64,000 nucleotides of DNA, taken from positions 7,570 to 71,569 of the forward strand of contig JAQVSI010000001.1 of assembly GCA_028700625.1 (NCBI GenBank), read 5' to 3'. Source of the DNA: Candidatus Shapirobacteria bacterium (GTDB taxonomy: Bacteria; Patescibacteriota; Microgenomatia; UBA12405). The notes below the pieces were generated by a model, which searched no databases, was not told where the DNA came from, and was given only the letters and a program-made list of their open reading frames with translations. Shown piece after piece: positions 54,425-64,000 of this stretch; position 1 is the stretch's first letter; each line of letters opens with the position of its first letter. The translations under genes were made by a program, and so were the position numbers.

Positions 54425-56038
54425 ATGACCTTTAAAGAAAGAATTCAGCTTATAAGTCAAAAAAAACAAAGTACTATTTTGTCAGCTTCTTTGGTTTTAG
54501 CCATAACTTTCAGTATTTCTTCTATTCTTGGTCTTTTAAGAAACCGTTTTCTTTATGCTAAGTTCTTTTCTTGTTGTGTTGCTCAACTTGATGTTTATAA
54601 TGCTGCTTTTCGTCTCCCTGATTTAATTTTTAAACTTTTAGTTACTGGTGTTTTATCAGCTTCATTTATTCCAGTTTTTTCTAGTTATCTACATAAAAAC
54701 AAAAAAGTTGCCGACGAAATCGCTTCAACTGTTATCAATCTTCTCCTTATTACTTTTATTTTCATTTCTCTTATTGCTTTCATTTTCATTAAACCAATTT
54801 CAGCTTTAATTGCTGCTGGTTTTTCCCCAGAGCAGTTAACTCTTATGGTTGGTATTAGTCGGATACTTCTTATTGCTCAAATTTTCTTTCTCCTTAGTAA
54901 TTTTGTTACCGCCATTCTTCAAGTCAATCAGATTTTTATTATTCCAGCTATCTCCCCTATTGTCTACAACCTCTTCATTATTATTAGTATTTTTACCCTA
55001 GCTCCAATTTTTGGAATTTATGGAGTGGCCGTTGGAGCTGTTGTTGGTGCTTTTTTTCATTTAGCTATTCAAATACCAGTTCTTCGTCGTCAAGGTTTTG
55101 TTTACTATCCCATAATTAGAACAAAATTAAGTGGTGTCAGAGAGATTTTTAGACTTATGGTACCAAGAATTTTATCGTTAGGTTTGGGTGAAATTGAAAA
55201 TACTGTTACTTTGTTTTTTGCCAGTTCTCTTGCTTCTGGCTCCATTTCTCTTTTAAATTTAGCCCTTCAATTTATGTATTGGCCTAGCCGTATTTTTGGA
55301 ACTACTGTTGGTCAAGCATCTCTTCCTGTTCTTTCAAAAAATATTGCTAAAAACGAGTTAAATACTTTTAGAAATACCGTTAATCGAATTATTGTTCAAA
55401 GTTTGTTTATTGCCGTTCCCATTAGTGCTTTAATTTTGGTCGAAAGAGTTTCCCTTATTAGACTTCTCTATGGATCTCGTGAATTTCCTTGGACAGCCAC
55501 TATTTTAACTTCTAGAATTTTGGCTTTTTTAACACCAGGGATAATTTGTCAGGCAGTAATTCAGATATTGGTTAGAGCTTTTTATGCTCTTCACAACACC
55601 AAAATTCCTTTCATTGTTTCAACAATTTCCTTAATTGTAAATATTTTAACCAGTTTCTACTTTGTTAGGTTTACAAATCTTGGAGTGATTGGTTTAGCAA
55701 TTAGTGCTTCGGTTGGCAATTTAATTCAACTCTTTGGTCTATTAATTATGTTTATCAGAGTTGTCGATGGTTTCAATTGGTCTCTAATGCTCACTAAATT
55801 CTATAAAATTTTTGTTTCTGCTCTTTTGATGGGTATTAGTAGTTGGTTTTCAATAAAATTTTTAGATCTTTTCATTTTAGACACTACACATGTCATTCCA
55901 GTCTTGACATTAATGATAATTTCTTCAATTGTTGGCCTACTTACCTACATATTTTCTGTTCGTTTTTTAAAACTTGATGAAGCAAATGATTATCAAAAAT
56001 ATTTTATAAAATTTAAAGATTTTATTTTCCACAAATAG
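54425..56038 (+). CDS. murJ: Lipid II flippase MurJ
   Basis: LGLLR, AFRLPD, SASFIPVF, RAFYA...TK.P. Confidence 0.93.
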   Translation: MTFKERIQLISQKKQSTILSASLVLAITFSISSILGLLRNRFLYAKFFSCCVAQLDVYNAAFRLPDLIFKLLVTGVLSASFIPVFSSYLHKNKKVADEIASTVINLLLITFIFISLIAFIFIKPISALIAAGFSPEQLTLMVGISRILLIAQIFFLLSNFVTAILQVNQIFIIPAISPIVYNLFIIISIFTLAPIFGIYGVAVGAVVGAFFHLAIQIPVLRRQGFVYYPIIRTKLSGVREIFRLMVPRILSLGLGEIENTVTLFFASSLASGSISLLNLALQFMYWPSRIFGTTVGQASLPVLSKNIAKNELNTFRNTVNRIIVQSLFIAVPISALILVERVSLIRLLYGSREFPWTATILTSRILAFLTPGIICQAVIQILVRAFYALHNTKIPFIVSTISLIVNILTSFYFVRFTNLGVIGLAISASVGNLIQLFGLLIMFIRVVDGFNWSLMLTKFYKIFVSALLMGISSWFSIKFLDLFILDTTHVIPVLTLMIISSIVGLLTYIFSVRFLKLDEANDYQKYFIKFKDFIFHK

Positions 56039-56055
56039 TCGTATATACTGGATAT

Positions 56056-56634
56056 ATGGCTGCCAAGAAAGAAATTTCTCTATTACCAGAATCCAAAAAT
56101 CCAAGATCTTTTGGAGCACGTTTTCTTAAATGGATTACCACTACTGGTAGAGTTACTATTATCCTTACCGAGCTAATTGTTATTTCTGTTTTTATTTCTC
56201 GCTTTTGGTTAGACCGTAAAAATTCAGATCTTTCAGAGATTTTACGTCAAAAGCAGGCTATTTTAGAAAGTGTTATTCCTTTTGAGCAAGAGTTTATTGG
56301 TCTACAGCAAAGATTAACCTACATAAAAGACTTTTATTCAAATCAACCAGAATATAATAAACAGATAGATTCTCTAATTTCTAGCACTCCTCAAAATCTT
56401 TTTTACGAAAGCCTTTCAATCTTAAAAGATGAAAAATCGAAATCGACTACAATTAATACATCTCTAATTGCCTACAAAGAAGAAGATATCGTTTCTTTTA
56501 TTACCAATCTTATGTTGAATCCAGACATTGATCAAGTTGACGTAAATAGAATCGAGAAAAAAGAAAAAGAGAATCAATATTCAATTTCACTTACCTTATT
56601 TTTTAAAACAGTCAAAACTAATCCTAAAACATGA
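56056..56634 (+). CDS. PilN-like type IV pilus alignment protein
   Basis: ISLLP motif, TM, coiled coil, C-terminal beta-alpha domain. Confidence 0.7.
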   Translation: MAAKKEISLLPESKNPRSFGARFLKWITTTGRVTIILTELIVISVFISRFWLDRKNSDLSEILRQKQAILESVIPFEQEFIGLQQRLTYIKDFYSNQPEYNKQIDSLISSTPQNLFYESLSILKDEKSKSTTINTSLIAYKEEDIVSFITNLMLNPDIDQVDVNRIEKKEKENQYSISLTLFFKTVKTNPKT

Positions 56635-57266
56635 TAATAACTAAATCTTGGTCCCAACTTAGACCAATGTATGATTATATTAAAAAACAGACAGAAAATG
56701 AAAAGTTTTTTAAAAACTTAGAAATTGGTGGCACTTTCACCTTAATTGCCATCTTTCTATTTTTCGCTATTATGCCAACCATAATTACTATTTCTTCATT
56801 GATTGGAGATATTAAGTCTAAAGAAGCTTTTATAAAAAAAGTGGATTTAAAGGTTGCTAATATTATTAAAGCTCAAGAATCCTACAGTCAAGTTCAAGAA
56901 AAATACTATTTAATTGAAGAGACCTTTCCTTCTCTGGCTAATTACTACAGTGGAACTTCTAATATTGCTACCATATTTAGAGATTCTTCTTTGAGTATTG
57001 ATCAAATTAGTTTAAACTTGAATGAAAATAAAAATGAAGAAAAAAAATTCTTTAGTTCTTATCAACTCAATCTTAATGGTGAAGGTAACTATTCTTCAAT
57101 TATAGAAATGGTTAAAAAAATGTTAAACAATCGCCGTCTAGTTGACACTACTAGTATCCAGATTAGTCAAGTAAAATCGGATGCTAATCAAGCATCTACT
57201 GAGAATGTTAGGGTCAATTTTTCTAGTAATTTATATTTTTTACCAGATAATAATGAAAAAAAATAA
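56631..57266 (+). CDS. PilO-like protein
   Basis: FAIMPT TM, coiled coil, G.YS....V......RR. Confidence 0.72.
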   Translation: MIITKSWSQLRPMYDYIKKQTENEKFFKNLEIGGTFTLIAIFLFFAIMPTIITISSLIGDIKSKEAFIKKVDLKVANIIKAQESYSQVQEKYYLIEETFPSLANYYSGTSNIATIFRDSSLSIDQISLNLNENKNEEKKFFSSYQLNLNGEGNYSSIIEMVKKMLNNRRLVDTTSIQISQVKSDANQASTENVRVNFSSNLYFLPDNNEKK

Positions 57267-57564
57267 ATTATCTTCTTATTTTATATTTATATCTTTTATC
57301 ACCTTTTTAACTATATTTTTATCGATAGTTCAAAAAAGTTATTTTAGCTTAAAAAAGCCTCAGAATATAGTTGAAAAAAATGCATTATTAAAAGAAATTA
57401 GCCCAAATCTAGATCTTTTTGTTATTTCTATTATTGAATCAAAAGGAAAAAATACAGACGATAATTTTGATTTTTCAATCATAAGATCAAGCAAAAACTT
57501 GAATACAAACACAATGATTACTCCAATTGCCAGCCAGGCAGCTGAAGCATTAACAACACCATAA
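57253..57564 (+). CDS. Small bitopic protein following pilO
   Basis: Start at MKKNK, single TM. Confidence 0.55.
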   Translation: MKKNKLSSYFIFISFITFLTIFLSIVQKSYFSLKKPQNIVEKNALLKEISPNLDLFVISIIESKGKNTDDNFDFSIIRSSKNLNTNTMITPIASQAAEALTTP

Positions 57565-58859
57565 TGATTAAAGAAAAAAAAATTCCCACAATATTGGGAC
57601 TATTTATTTTAATAGGGGGACTTTTTGTTGGTGTTTTATTAAACAACAAAAATACTAATTTTATTTCTAAAGCGAGTAGTGATTGCGTTCCCCAAAACCC
57701 ACAAATAACCAATATAACAGACAATTCCGTTGCTTTATCTTTTGTTACTGAATCTTCTTGTCTTTCAACCTTGTTGATTAATAATCAAATTATTAATAAT
57801 TCTGCTGTTTTAGCTAATAGTCAGAAAAGTAAAATTCATTATTTTGATGTCACTAATTTATCAGACAACACTCAATACGAGTATTCTTTTGTTAACGACG
57901 GTAAATCTTATCCTCAATCTCCAAAAATTAAGACGGCTGAAAAACCAAACGGATCAATTCCTTCTTCAAATTTGGCTTGGGGTAGAGTTTTTACTCCAGA
58001 GTTAAAATCAGCAAGTAAGGTTATGCTTTTTATTAATATTCCTGGAGCTGCACCTTTATCTGCTTTAGTGACCACTTCTGGTAATTGGAATATTTCTCTA
58101 GTTAATAGTTTTAATGAATCAAAAACCAACAGATTTAATCCACCTCAAGATACAGTTGAAGAGATTATTGTCATTGATCAGGAAAAACAAACCACTCAAA
58201 TTAGTGCCAATACTTCACAAAACAATCCAGTTCCAGATATTATCTTAGGTCAAAATCAATTTTCCTTACTACCTGTCACTTTTAATGCAGAAACAAACAC
58301 TGGTTTTTTGCCTTCAATTTCTCCAGTTCAAAGTTCTAAAGAATTAGATATTTTAAATCCAAAAGATAACGAACCTCTTTCTACAAAAAAGCCAGATTTT
58401 TTTGGAACTGGGCCAATTAATTCTAAAATAAAAATAGAAGTGCACTCACCCACTGTCTACAAAGGGGAAGTAACTACTCAAAGTGATGGTTCCTGGAATT
58501 GGTCTCCACCATCAGATTTAACTCCAGGAGAACATACTATTACTGCTACTGTTATCGAAAATGGTGTTGAAAAAATTATTTCTCGAAAATTTATCGTTCT
58601 TGCTGCTGACAATTCTCTTGCTTATTCAGCCTCTTCTTCCGCAATTACCTCGACTCCAACTCCAACTACAACCCCAACCCTAACTCCAACCAAAATAATC
58701 ACTCCCACTGTCATTCCAACCATTCGTACTAGTAAACCAAGTACAAGCTCTGGTGTTCCTACAACGGGAAATTCATTTCCTACTTTTATTTTAATTTTAA
58801 CAGCCATTTCTTTTATTAGCCTTTCTCTTTTCTCTCTTAGAAAAGTAATAAAAAACTAA
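57564..58859 (+). CDS. FN3/Ig-like surface protein with PT linker and C-terminal anchor
   Basis: KIPTILGL, ITNITD.S, DGSWNW..L.PGEH, PTTGN. Confidence 0.8.
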   Translation: MIKEKKIPTILGLFILIGGLFVGVLLNNKNTNFISKASSDCVPQNPQITNITDNSVALSFVTESSCLSTLLINNQIINNSAVLANSQKSKIHYFDVTNLSDNTQYEYSFVNDGKSYPQSPKIKTAEKPNGSIPSSNLAWGRVFTPELKSASKVMLFINIPGAAPLSALVTTSGNWNISLVNSFNESKTNRFNPPQDTVEEIIVIDQEKQTTQISANTSQNNPVPDIILGQNQFSLLPVTFNAETNTGFLPSISPVQSSKELDILNPKDNEPLSTKKPDFFGTGPINSKIKIEVHSPTVYKGEVTTQSDGSWNWSPPSDLTPGEHTITATVIENGVEKIISRKFIVLAADNSLAYSASSSAITSTPTPTTTPTLTPTKIITPTVIPTIRTSKPSTSSGVPTTGNSFPTFILILTAISFISLSLFSLRKVIKN

Positions 58860-58897
58860 AATATAAAGCTAAACAATCGTAATGGTATTATATTATA

Positions 58898-59833
58898 TTG
58901 ATGATATCTCAAATTAAACTTTTCAAGTCTATTTTAGAAGAACTTCGTCCTATTCAATGGATAAAAAATTTAGCTATTTTTGCTGCTGTAATTTTGAATG
59001 GTCAATTGTTCGATAAAAATTTGTTTATTAAAAGTTTTTTTGCTTTTGTAACTTTTTGCTTACTCTCTTCTTCTTCTTACATAATTAATGATCTTATTGA
59101 TATTGAAAAAGATCGTCTTCATCCAACCAAAAAAAATAGACCAATTGCTAGAGGTGATATTCCAGAATATCTAGGTGTCTTTATTGCTATTATCCTTCTG
59201 TTTTTTGGTTTAGCCATTGCTCTTTTTACCAGTTATCCATTTTTTATTATTTCTCTGATTTTTATCTTACTCCAATATTCTTATTCCTTATTTTTAAAAA
59301 AGAAAGCTATCATAGATATTGTTGGAATTGCTTTGTTTTTCATAATTCGTGCTTACGCCGGTGAATTGGTTACTGGATATCATCTTCCAATTTGGATTAT
59401 GTTAACTGTTATTTTCTTATCACTCTTTATCGCTAGTGGAAAACGTCGCAGCGAACTAGTAAACAGTGGAATCAAAACACGCTCTGCCTTGGCTGGTTAC
59501 GGTAAAACCTTATTGAATTTCTATACCACCATGTTTGCTGTTTGCACTTTAATTACCTACGCTATGTTTACTTTTTTTGAAGAATCAGTAACTTTTTCTG
59601 GATCTGGTATCTTACATAGCTTCCTTTTAGATAATTTTCCAAACGCTTTGAATCGAAAATGGTATATGATCACTCTTTTACCAGTTATATTCGGAATGAT
59701 GCGTCATGGTCAGATTATTTTTGAAATGCAAGAAGGTGAGAGACCTGAAAGAGTTATTGCTACAGACATACCACTTTTACTTTCAGTTCTAACTTGGGGA
59801 TTGATGATGATTGGTATTATCTATGCAATTTAA
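58898..59833 (+). CDS. UbiA family prenyltransferase (decaprenyl-phosphate phosphoribosyltransferase-like)
   Basis: RPIQWIKN, YIINDLID...DRLHP.K..RPIA, KRRSE. Confidence 0.9.
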   Translation: MMISQIKLFKSILEELRPIQWIKNLAIFAAVILNGQLFDKNLFIKSFFAFVTFCLLSSSSYIINDLIDIEKDRLHPTKKNRPIARGDIPEYLGVFIAIILLFFGLAIALFTSYPFFIISLIFILLQYSYSLFLKKKAIIDIVGIALFFIIRAYAGELVTGYHLPIWIMLTVIFLSLFIASGKRRSELVNSGIKTRSALAGYGKTLLNFYTTMFAVCTLITYAMFTFFEESVTFSGSGILHSFLLDNFPNALNRKWYMITLLPVIFGMMRHGQIIFEMQEGERPERVIATDIPLLLSVLTWGLMMIGIIYAI

Positions 59834-61319
59834 TAAAATTAAGAATTTTTTAATTCCACTGTCTTTATTAGTTTTGATGCTAGCTACTCGTTTTTGTTTT
59901 CTAAATTGGGGTAATGGTTTTTTCTTCAATCCAGACGAAAATAATATGGCCGCTTCAATAGCTCAAATGAGTTATTCCAATCTTAATCCTGATTTTTTTG
60001 CTTATGGTCAGTTTCCTCTTTTTCTAACTTTTTTTACTACTCCAAATTATAATTTTTCGACCATTATTTTAACTCTTCGTTTTTGGTCAGCCATTTTTTC
60101 TTGTCTTTCTCTTTTTTTCTTTTATTTAATTTCTAAAAATATTTTTAAATCTCCCAAAGTTAGTTTTATTTTTGTTTTACTGTTAATTTTTACCCCAGGT
60201 CTAATTCAATTAGCTCATTTTGGTACTACCGAATCTCTTTTGATTTTTGTTTTTTCCGCTAACATTTTTTTGTCTTTAAAATATTATCAAAATCAACAAA
60301 AAAAATATTTTCTTTTTTCTGTTTTAATTAGTGCCATAGGTCTTTCTTCAAAAATAACTGCCATCTTTTTTATACTTCCTTTTTACTTTTCTCTTTTTTT
60401 TATTTTTTTAGAAAATAAAAAAATATTAAATTTTATTTCCACCACCTTAATTTTTACTTTTTTCTTTTTATCTTTATCTATTCTTTTTTCACCATTTAAT
60501 ATTATTGATTTTTCCAATTTTAAATCAACCATGATTCATGAAACTTCAATTGCCACTGGTCAACTTAAAATTTTTTATACTCATCAATTTGAAAATTCCT
60601 ATGCCTATTTATTTCAATTTAAAAATATTTTTCCTTATACAAATGGCATTTTTATATTTACTTTATCTTTTTTTGGTTTTTTTATTTTTTTAAAAAATAA
60701 AATTAGAAAAGAATTACTTTTAGTTTTTCTTCCATCAATAATTTATTTTCTCTATGTTGGTCAACTTTTTGTTAAATGGACACGTTTTGTTTCTCCTCTC
60801 TTTTTTATTGGACCATTTTTTTGTCTTTTTATTTTTAAAAAATTTAAAAATGTTTTTCTGACTTTTATTTTAATTATTTTAATGATTAGTCCAGGAATTT
60901 ATTTTTTTCAAAAATATTTTTTACCAGACAATAGAATAACAGCCTCTAATTGGATTAATTCCAATATTCCTCTAAATTCTTATATTTTATCTGAATCCGG
61001 TAATGTTATTAATTTACCTTTATTTTCTTCAAAATTTACTGTAAATAATTTTGATTTTTATAATCCAGAAAATCTAAGCAATTTATCAGCAGAAATAAAC
61101 AAAAGTGATTATATTATTGTTCCGTCTCGACGTGTTTTTAAAAACAATTTTTCATTGACACAAAATTATTATCAACAATTATTTTCAGGAGAAATTGGTT
61201 TTAACGAAATTAAAAAATTTAATAATCAAAAAAGTTTATTTTTAAATTCCGAAAATGCTGAAGAAACATGGTCAGTTTTTGATCATCCAACCATCAGAAT
61301 ATATCAACATGTCAAATAA
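59823..61319 (+). CDS. GT-C glycosyltransferase (ArnT/PMT-like)
   Basis: NWG...FNPDE, FFAYG.FP, AHF, AEETWSVFDHP; start taken at MQFNK. Confidence 0.82.
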   Translation: MQFNKIKNFLIPLSLLVLMLATRFCFLNWGNGFFFNPDENNMAASIAQMSYSNLNPDFFAYGQFPLFLTFFTTPNYNFSTIILTLRFWSAIFSCLSLFFFYLISKNIFKSPKVSFIFVLLLIFTPGLIQLAHFGTTESLLIFVFSANIFLSLKYYQNQQKKYFLFSVLISAIGLSSKITAIFFILPFYFSLFFIFLENKKILNFISTTLIFTFFFLSLSILFSPFNIIDFSNFKSTMIHETSIATGQLKIFYTHQFENSYAYLFQFKNIFPYTNGIFIFTLSFFGFFIFLKNKIRKELLLVFLPSIIYFLYVGQLFVKWTRFVSPLFFIGPFFCLFIFKKFKNVFLTFILIILMISPGIYFFQKYFLPDNRITASNWINSNIPLNSYILSESGNVINLPLFSSKFTVNNFDFYNPENLSNLSAEINKSDYIIVPSRRVFKNNFSLTQNYYQQLFSGEIGFNEIKKFNNQKSLFLNSENAEETWSVFDHPTIRIYQHVK

Positions 61320-61941
61320 ATATTTAACAAAAAAAACTATTAATTTATTTCCTCTTTTTTGGCCAAGATTTTATGTCTATTTAAGATCAATAGTATTGCC
61401 TCTTTTTCAAATTGAATCTCTTTTACCCCCAAAAGGATCAATTTTAGATGTTGGCTGCGGTTATGGATTTACTTCAATTTTTTTTGCTCTTAAAAATAAA
61501 AAGCGTCAAATTTTTGGCTCAGAAATTGAATCAAAAAGAGTTTTATTGGCGAAAAAAGTTTCAAAATCTATTTCAAATATCTCGTTTGAAACTTCAGATT
61601 TGATCAATAAAAATAAATCAAAATTCGATGTTGTTTTGGCAATCGATCTTCTTCACCATATAAATTTTTCTCAAAAAAAGACTTTTTTAAAAGATGCTTC
61701 TTTAAAACTAAAGCCAAAAGGACTTTTAATTATTAAAGATATCGATACTACACCTATACATAAATATTTTTGGAATTATATTCATGATTCAATCATGACC
61801 AAATTTTCCAAACTTTATTTTTTATCTTCTAATCAAATAGAAAATCTTTTAATTAAAAATAATTTTAAAATTATTAAAAAAGGAAAATATAAAAACCTTT
61901 TTTACCCACATATTTTTTATGTTTGTCAAAAAAACTTTTAA
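61309..61941 (+). CDS. Class I SAM-dependent methyltransferase
   Basis: ILDVGCGYG, DLLHH, LKPKG; start taken at MSNKY. Confidence 0.88.
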   Translation: MSNKYLTKKTINLFPLFWPRFYVYLRSIVLPLFQIESLLPPKGSILDVGCGYGFTSIFFALKNKKRQIFGSEIESKRVLLAKKVSKSISNISFETSDLINKNKSKFDVVLAIDLLHHINFSQKKTFLKDASLKLKPKGLLIIKDIDTTPIHKYFWNYIHDSIMTKFSKLYFLSSNQIENLLIKNNFKIIKKGKYKNLFYPHIFYVCQKNF

Positions 61942-63646
61942 TTATCAAATATTTTTCATTTTTTCAATTTTTTGTTTATCCTTAATAATCAGGCTTTTTA
62001 ATATTAATTGGGATCAAGGCCAACATCTTCATCCAGACGAAAGATTTTTGACGATGGTAGAAAGCACCATTAAATTGCCAAACTCACTTTCCCAGTATTT
62101 AAATACTGGTGATTCTCCTTTAAATCCATACAACTATAAAGAATTTCAATTTTTCGTTTACGGTACTTTTCCTATTTTTTTAATTAAATACATATCAAAT
62201 TTTATTAATATGGGTGAATATCATCAGGTTTATTTAGTTGGTCGATTTTTTTCTGCCTTTTTTGATTCATTAAACATAATCGGTATTTATTTATTTATGA
62301 AATTTTTAATTAAAGAAAAGAAAAATAAATTTATAGTTTTATTGCCAAGTTTCTTATATGCTTTTTGCGTTTTACCAATTCAGTTATCTCATTTTTTTGC
62401 TGTCGATACTTTTTTAACACCAATTTTATTATTTACTTTTATTTTTCTTGTTTATTGGATTTCCAAAAGAAAAATTATTTTTCTTTTAATCGCTGCCGTT
62501 TTATTTGGGTTAGGCCTTTCAACTAAAATTTCTGCTTATTTATTTTCACCAGTAATTTTACTTTTTTTTATTTATCATTTTTTCACCACTAAAAACAAAA
62601 TACAAACTTTATACTTATCAATTATTTTTTCTCTGATAAGTCTTACTATTTTTAGATTTTTTCAGCCATATGCTTTTGTTGGTTTATTTAAAATAAATCC
62701 AATTTTTGTTGAAAACATGGTTTATTTAAAATCAATGTTAACTAACAAAAATGTTTTTTATCCACCAGAAATTCAATGGTTAAGTAAAACACCTCTAATT
62801 TATCCTCTCTATAACATTTTAGTTTGGGGTCTCGGTTTACCCCTCAGTTTAATTCTTTTTTTAAAAATAAAAAAAACCACCAATCCATTTGTTGTGTTTT
62901 GCATTATTTTTTGGATTCTTTTTCTTTTTATTCAACAAGGTCTTCAATTTACTCACACTATGCGTTATTTTCTACCAATTTATCCATTTATATTTGTTTT
63001 AGTTGGTTTAATTTTTCAAAATCATTTTTCTAAAAAAATTCTTTTTATTTTACTTTCACTGCATGTTATTTATTGTTTGTTCTTTATTTCAATTTACACT
63101 CGGCCACATTCTCGAATTCAAGCCTCAAATTGGATTTATAAAAATATTCCTTCAGAATCAAAAATCGCCAATGAATATTGGGATGATCCGCTTCCTCTTT
63201 ATTTAGACTCTTCTAATTTTTATTCAAACCAAACACTTGATCTTTATTCCCCAGACACTCAAGAAAAATGGCAGAAAATTAACTCCATTTTAGAAGACAC
63301 AGATTATCTTTTTCTTAGCTCAAATCGTCTATGGTCTTCTATTCCGTCAGTTCCCAAAAAATATCCTTTAGCTACTAAATATTACCAAGATCTTTTTGAT
63401 GGTAATTCAAATTTTAAGAAAATAATAGAATTTAATTCTTATCCAGGCATTTCACTCCCTTTTTTAAACAAGTGTTTTTATTTTGGTCCAACTAATTTTC
63501 CTTATTCACAAAATGAAAATAAATGGTTTGAGGTCAACAAAAGTTGTCTTTATCCAGGGATTTATCTTAGAGATGATGTTGCTGAAGAAGCTTTTTCAGT
63601 CTACGATCATCCAAAAGTAATTATCTTTAAAAAAATGATAAACTAA
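61919..63646 (+). CDS. GT-C glycosyltransferase, paralogue of 59823-61319
   Basis: NWD...LHPDER, FFVYGTFP, SHFFAVD, AEEAFSVYDHP. Confidence 0.85.
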   Translation: MFVKKTFNYQIFFIFSIFCLSLIIRLFNINWDQGQHLHPDERFLTMVESTIKLPNSLSQYLNTGDSPLNPYNYKEFQFFVYGTFPIFLIKYISNFINMGEYHQVYLVGRFFSAFFDSLNIIGIYLFMKFLIKEKKNKFIVLLPSFLYAFCVLPIQLSHFFAVDTFLTPILLFTFIFLVYWISKRKIIFLLIAAVLFGLGLSTKISAYLFSPVILLFFIYHFFTTKNKIQTLYLSIIFSLISLTIFRFFQPYAFVGLFKINPIFVENMVYLKSMLTNKNVFYPPEIQWLSKTPLIYPLYNILVWGLGLPLSLILFLKIKKTTNPFVVFCIIFWILFLFIQQGLQFTHTMRYFLPIYPFIFVLVGLIFQNHFSKKILFILLSLHVIYCLFFISIYTRPHSRIQASNWIYKNIPSESKIANEYWDDPLPLYLDSSNFYSNQTLDLYSPDTQEKWQKINSILEDTDYLFLSSNRLWSSIPSVPKKYPLATKYYQDLFDGNSNFKKIIEFNSYPGISLPFLNKCFYFGPTNFPYSQNENKWFEVNKSCLYPGIYLRDDVAEEAFSVYDHPKVIIFKKMIN

Positions 63647-63650
63647 AGCT

Positions 63651-64000
63651 GTGAATTTAAACCTAAAAAAAATTCTATTTTGGCAATCAAAAAAAGATTT
63701 TCTTGTTGTTTTTGATCACGATTTTTGGGGAGAAATTTCTTTAATTTTTTTAAATTATTCAATTTGGATTTTTTTCTTTTTTCTTTCTTATCAATTAATT
63801 TCTTTTGATATTAATTTTTTTGGCCGTCTTCTTATTGCCACCATTATTGCCGAATTAATTGAAAGAGGTCTTAAAAAGAAATGTTTTTGGATTAGACCTA
63901 TGTTTAATCGTCGAAAAGTTTCGCCAAAAGGTTTAGTTAATAATTGGTATCACAGTGGTTCTTTTCCGTCGGGCCACACCATGAAAGCCACTTTTTTCTT
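63651..64000 (+). CDS. PAP2 family phosphatase (runs off the window end)
   Basis: Open frame from GTG 63651 with K......RP and SFPSGH motifs. Confidence 0.8.
   Translation, partial: MNLNLKKILFWQSKKDFLVVFDHDFWGEISLIFLNYSIWIFFFFLSYQLISFDINFFGRLLIATIIAELIERGLKKKCFWIRPMFNRRKVSPKGLVNNWYHSGSFPSGHTMKATFF

Overview
AT-rich bacterial chromosomal segment. Gene content points to a Patescibacteria/CPR organism, probably Microgenomates-type; this is inferred from the archaeal-type TpiA, VanW, a DUF87/VirD4-like ATPase, P/T-rich surface proteins, GT-C glycosyltransferases and tRNA-Ile(UAU). Most genes are housekeeping: valS, trpS, metG, tsaD, a tsaC-tsaE fusion, dnaG-rpoD, rplY, rpsT, queA, rarA, map, folD, tatD, murJ and pilN/pilO-like genes. 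There are four tRNAs and a mosaic accessory region downstream of tRNA-Asn (~26.3-35 kb). No CRISPR array, rRNA or transposase was seen. Signals not explained by the gene calls: (1) ten copies of a ~40-50 bp GC-rich element (usually a double hairpin), all on the + strand whatever the gene direction, three of them translated in frame inside conserved proteins; (2) other small palindromic or heptamer elements, some also inside genes; (3) near-universal leaderless gene starts, with a -10 box 5-7 nt before the start codon; (4) an atypical initiator-like tRNA and a rare tRNA-Ile(UAU); (5) a leader motif shared by the RRM protein and DEAD-box helicase genes; (6) tRNA-3'-like junction relics next to truncated genes; (7) four broken genes.
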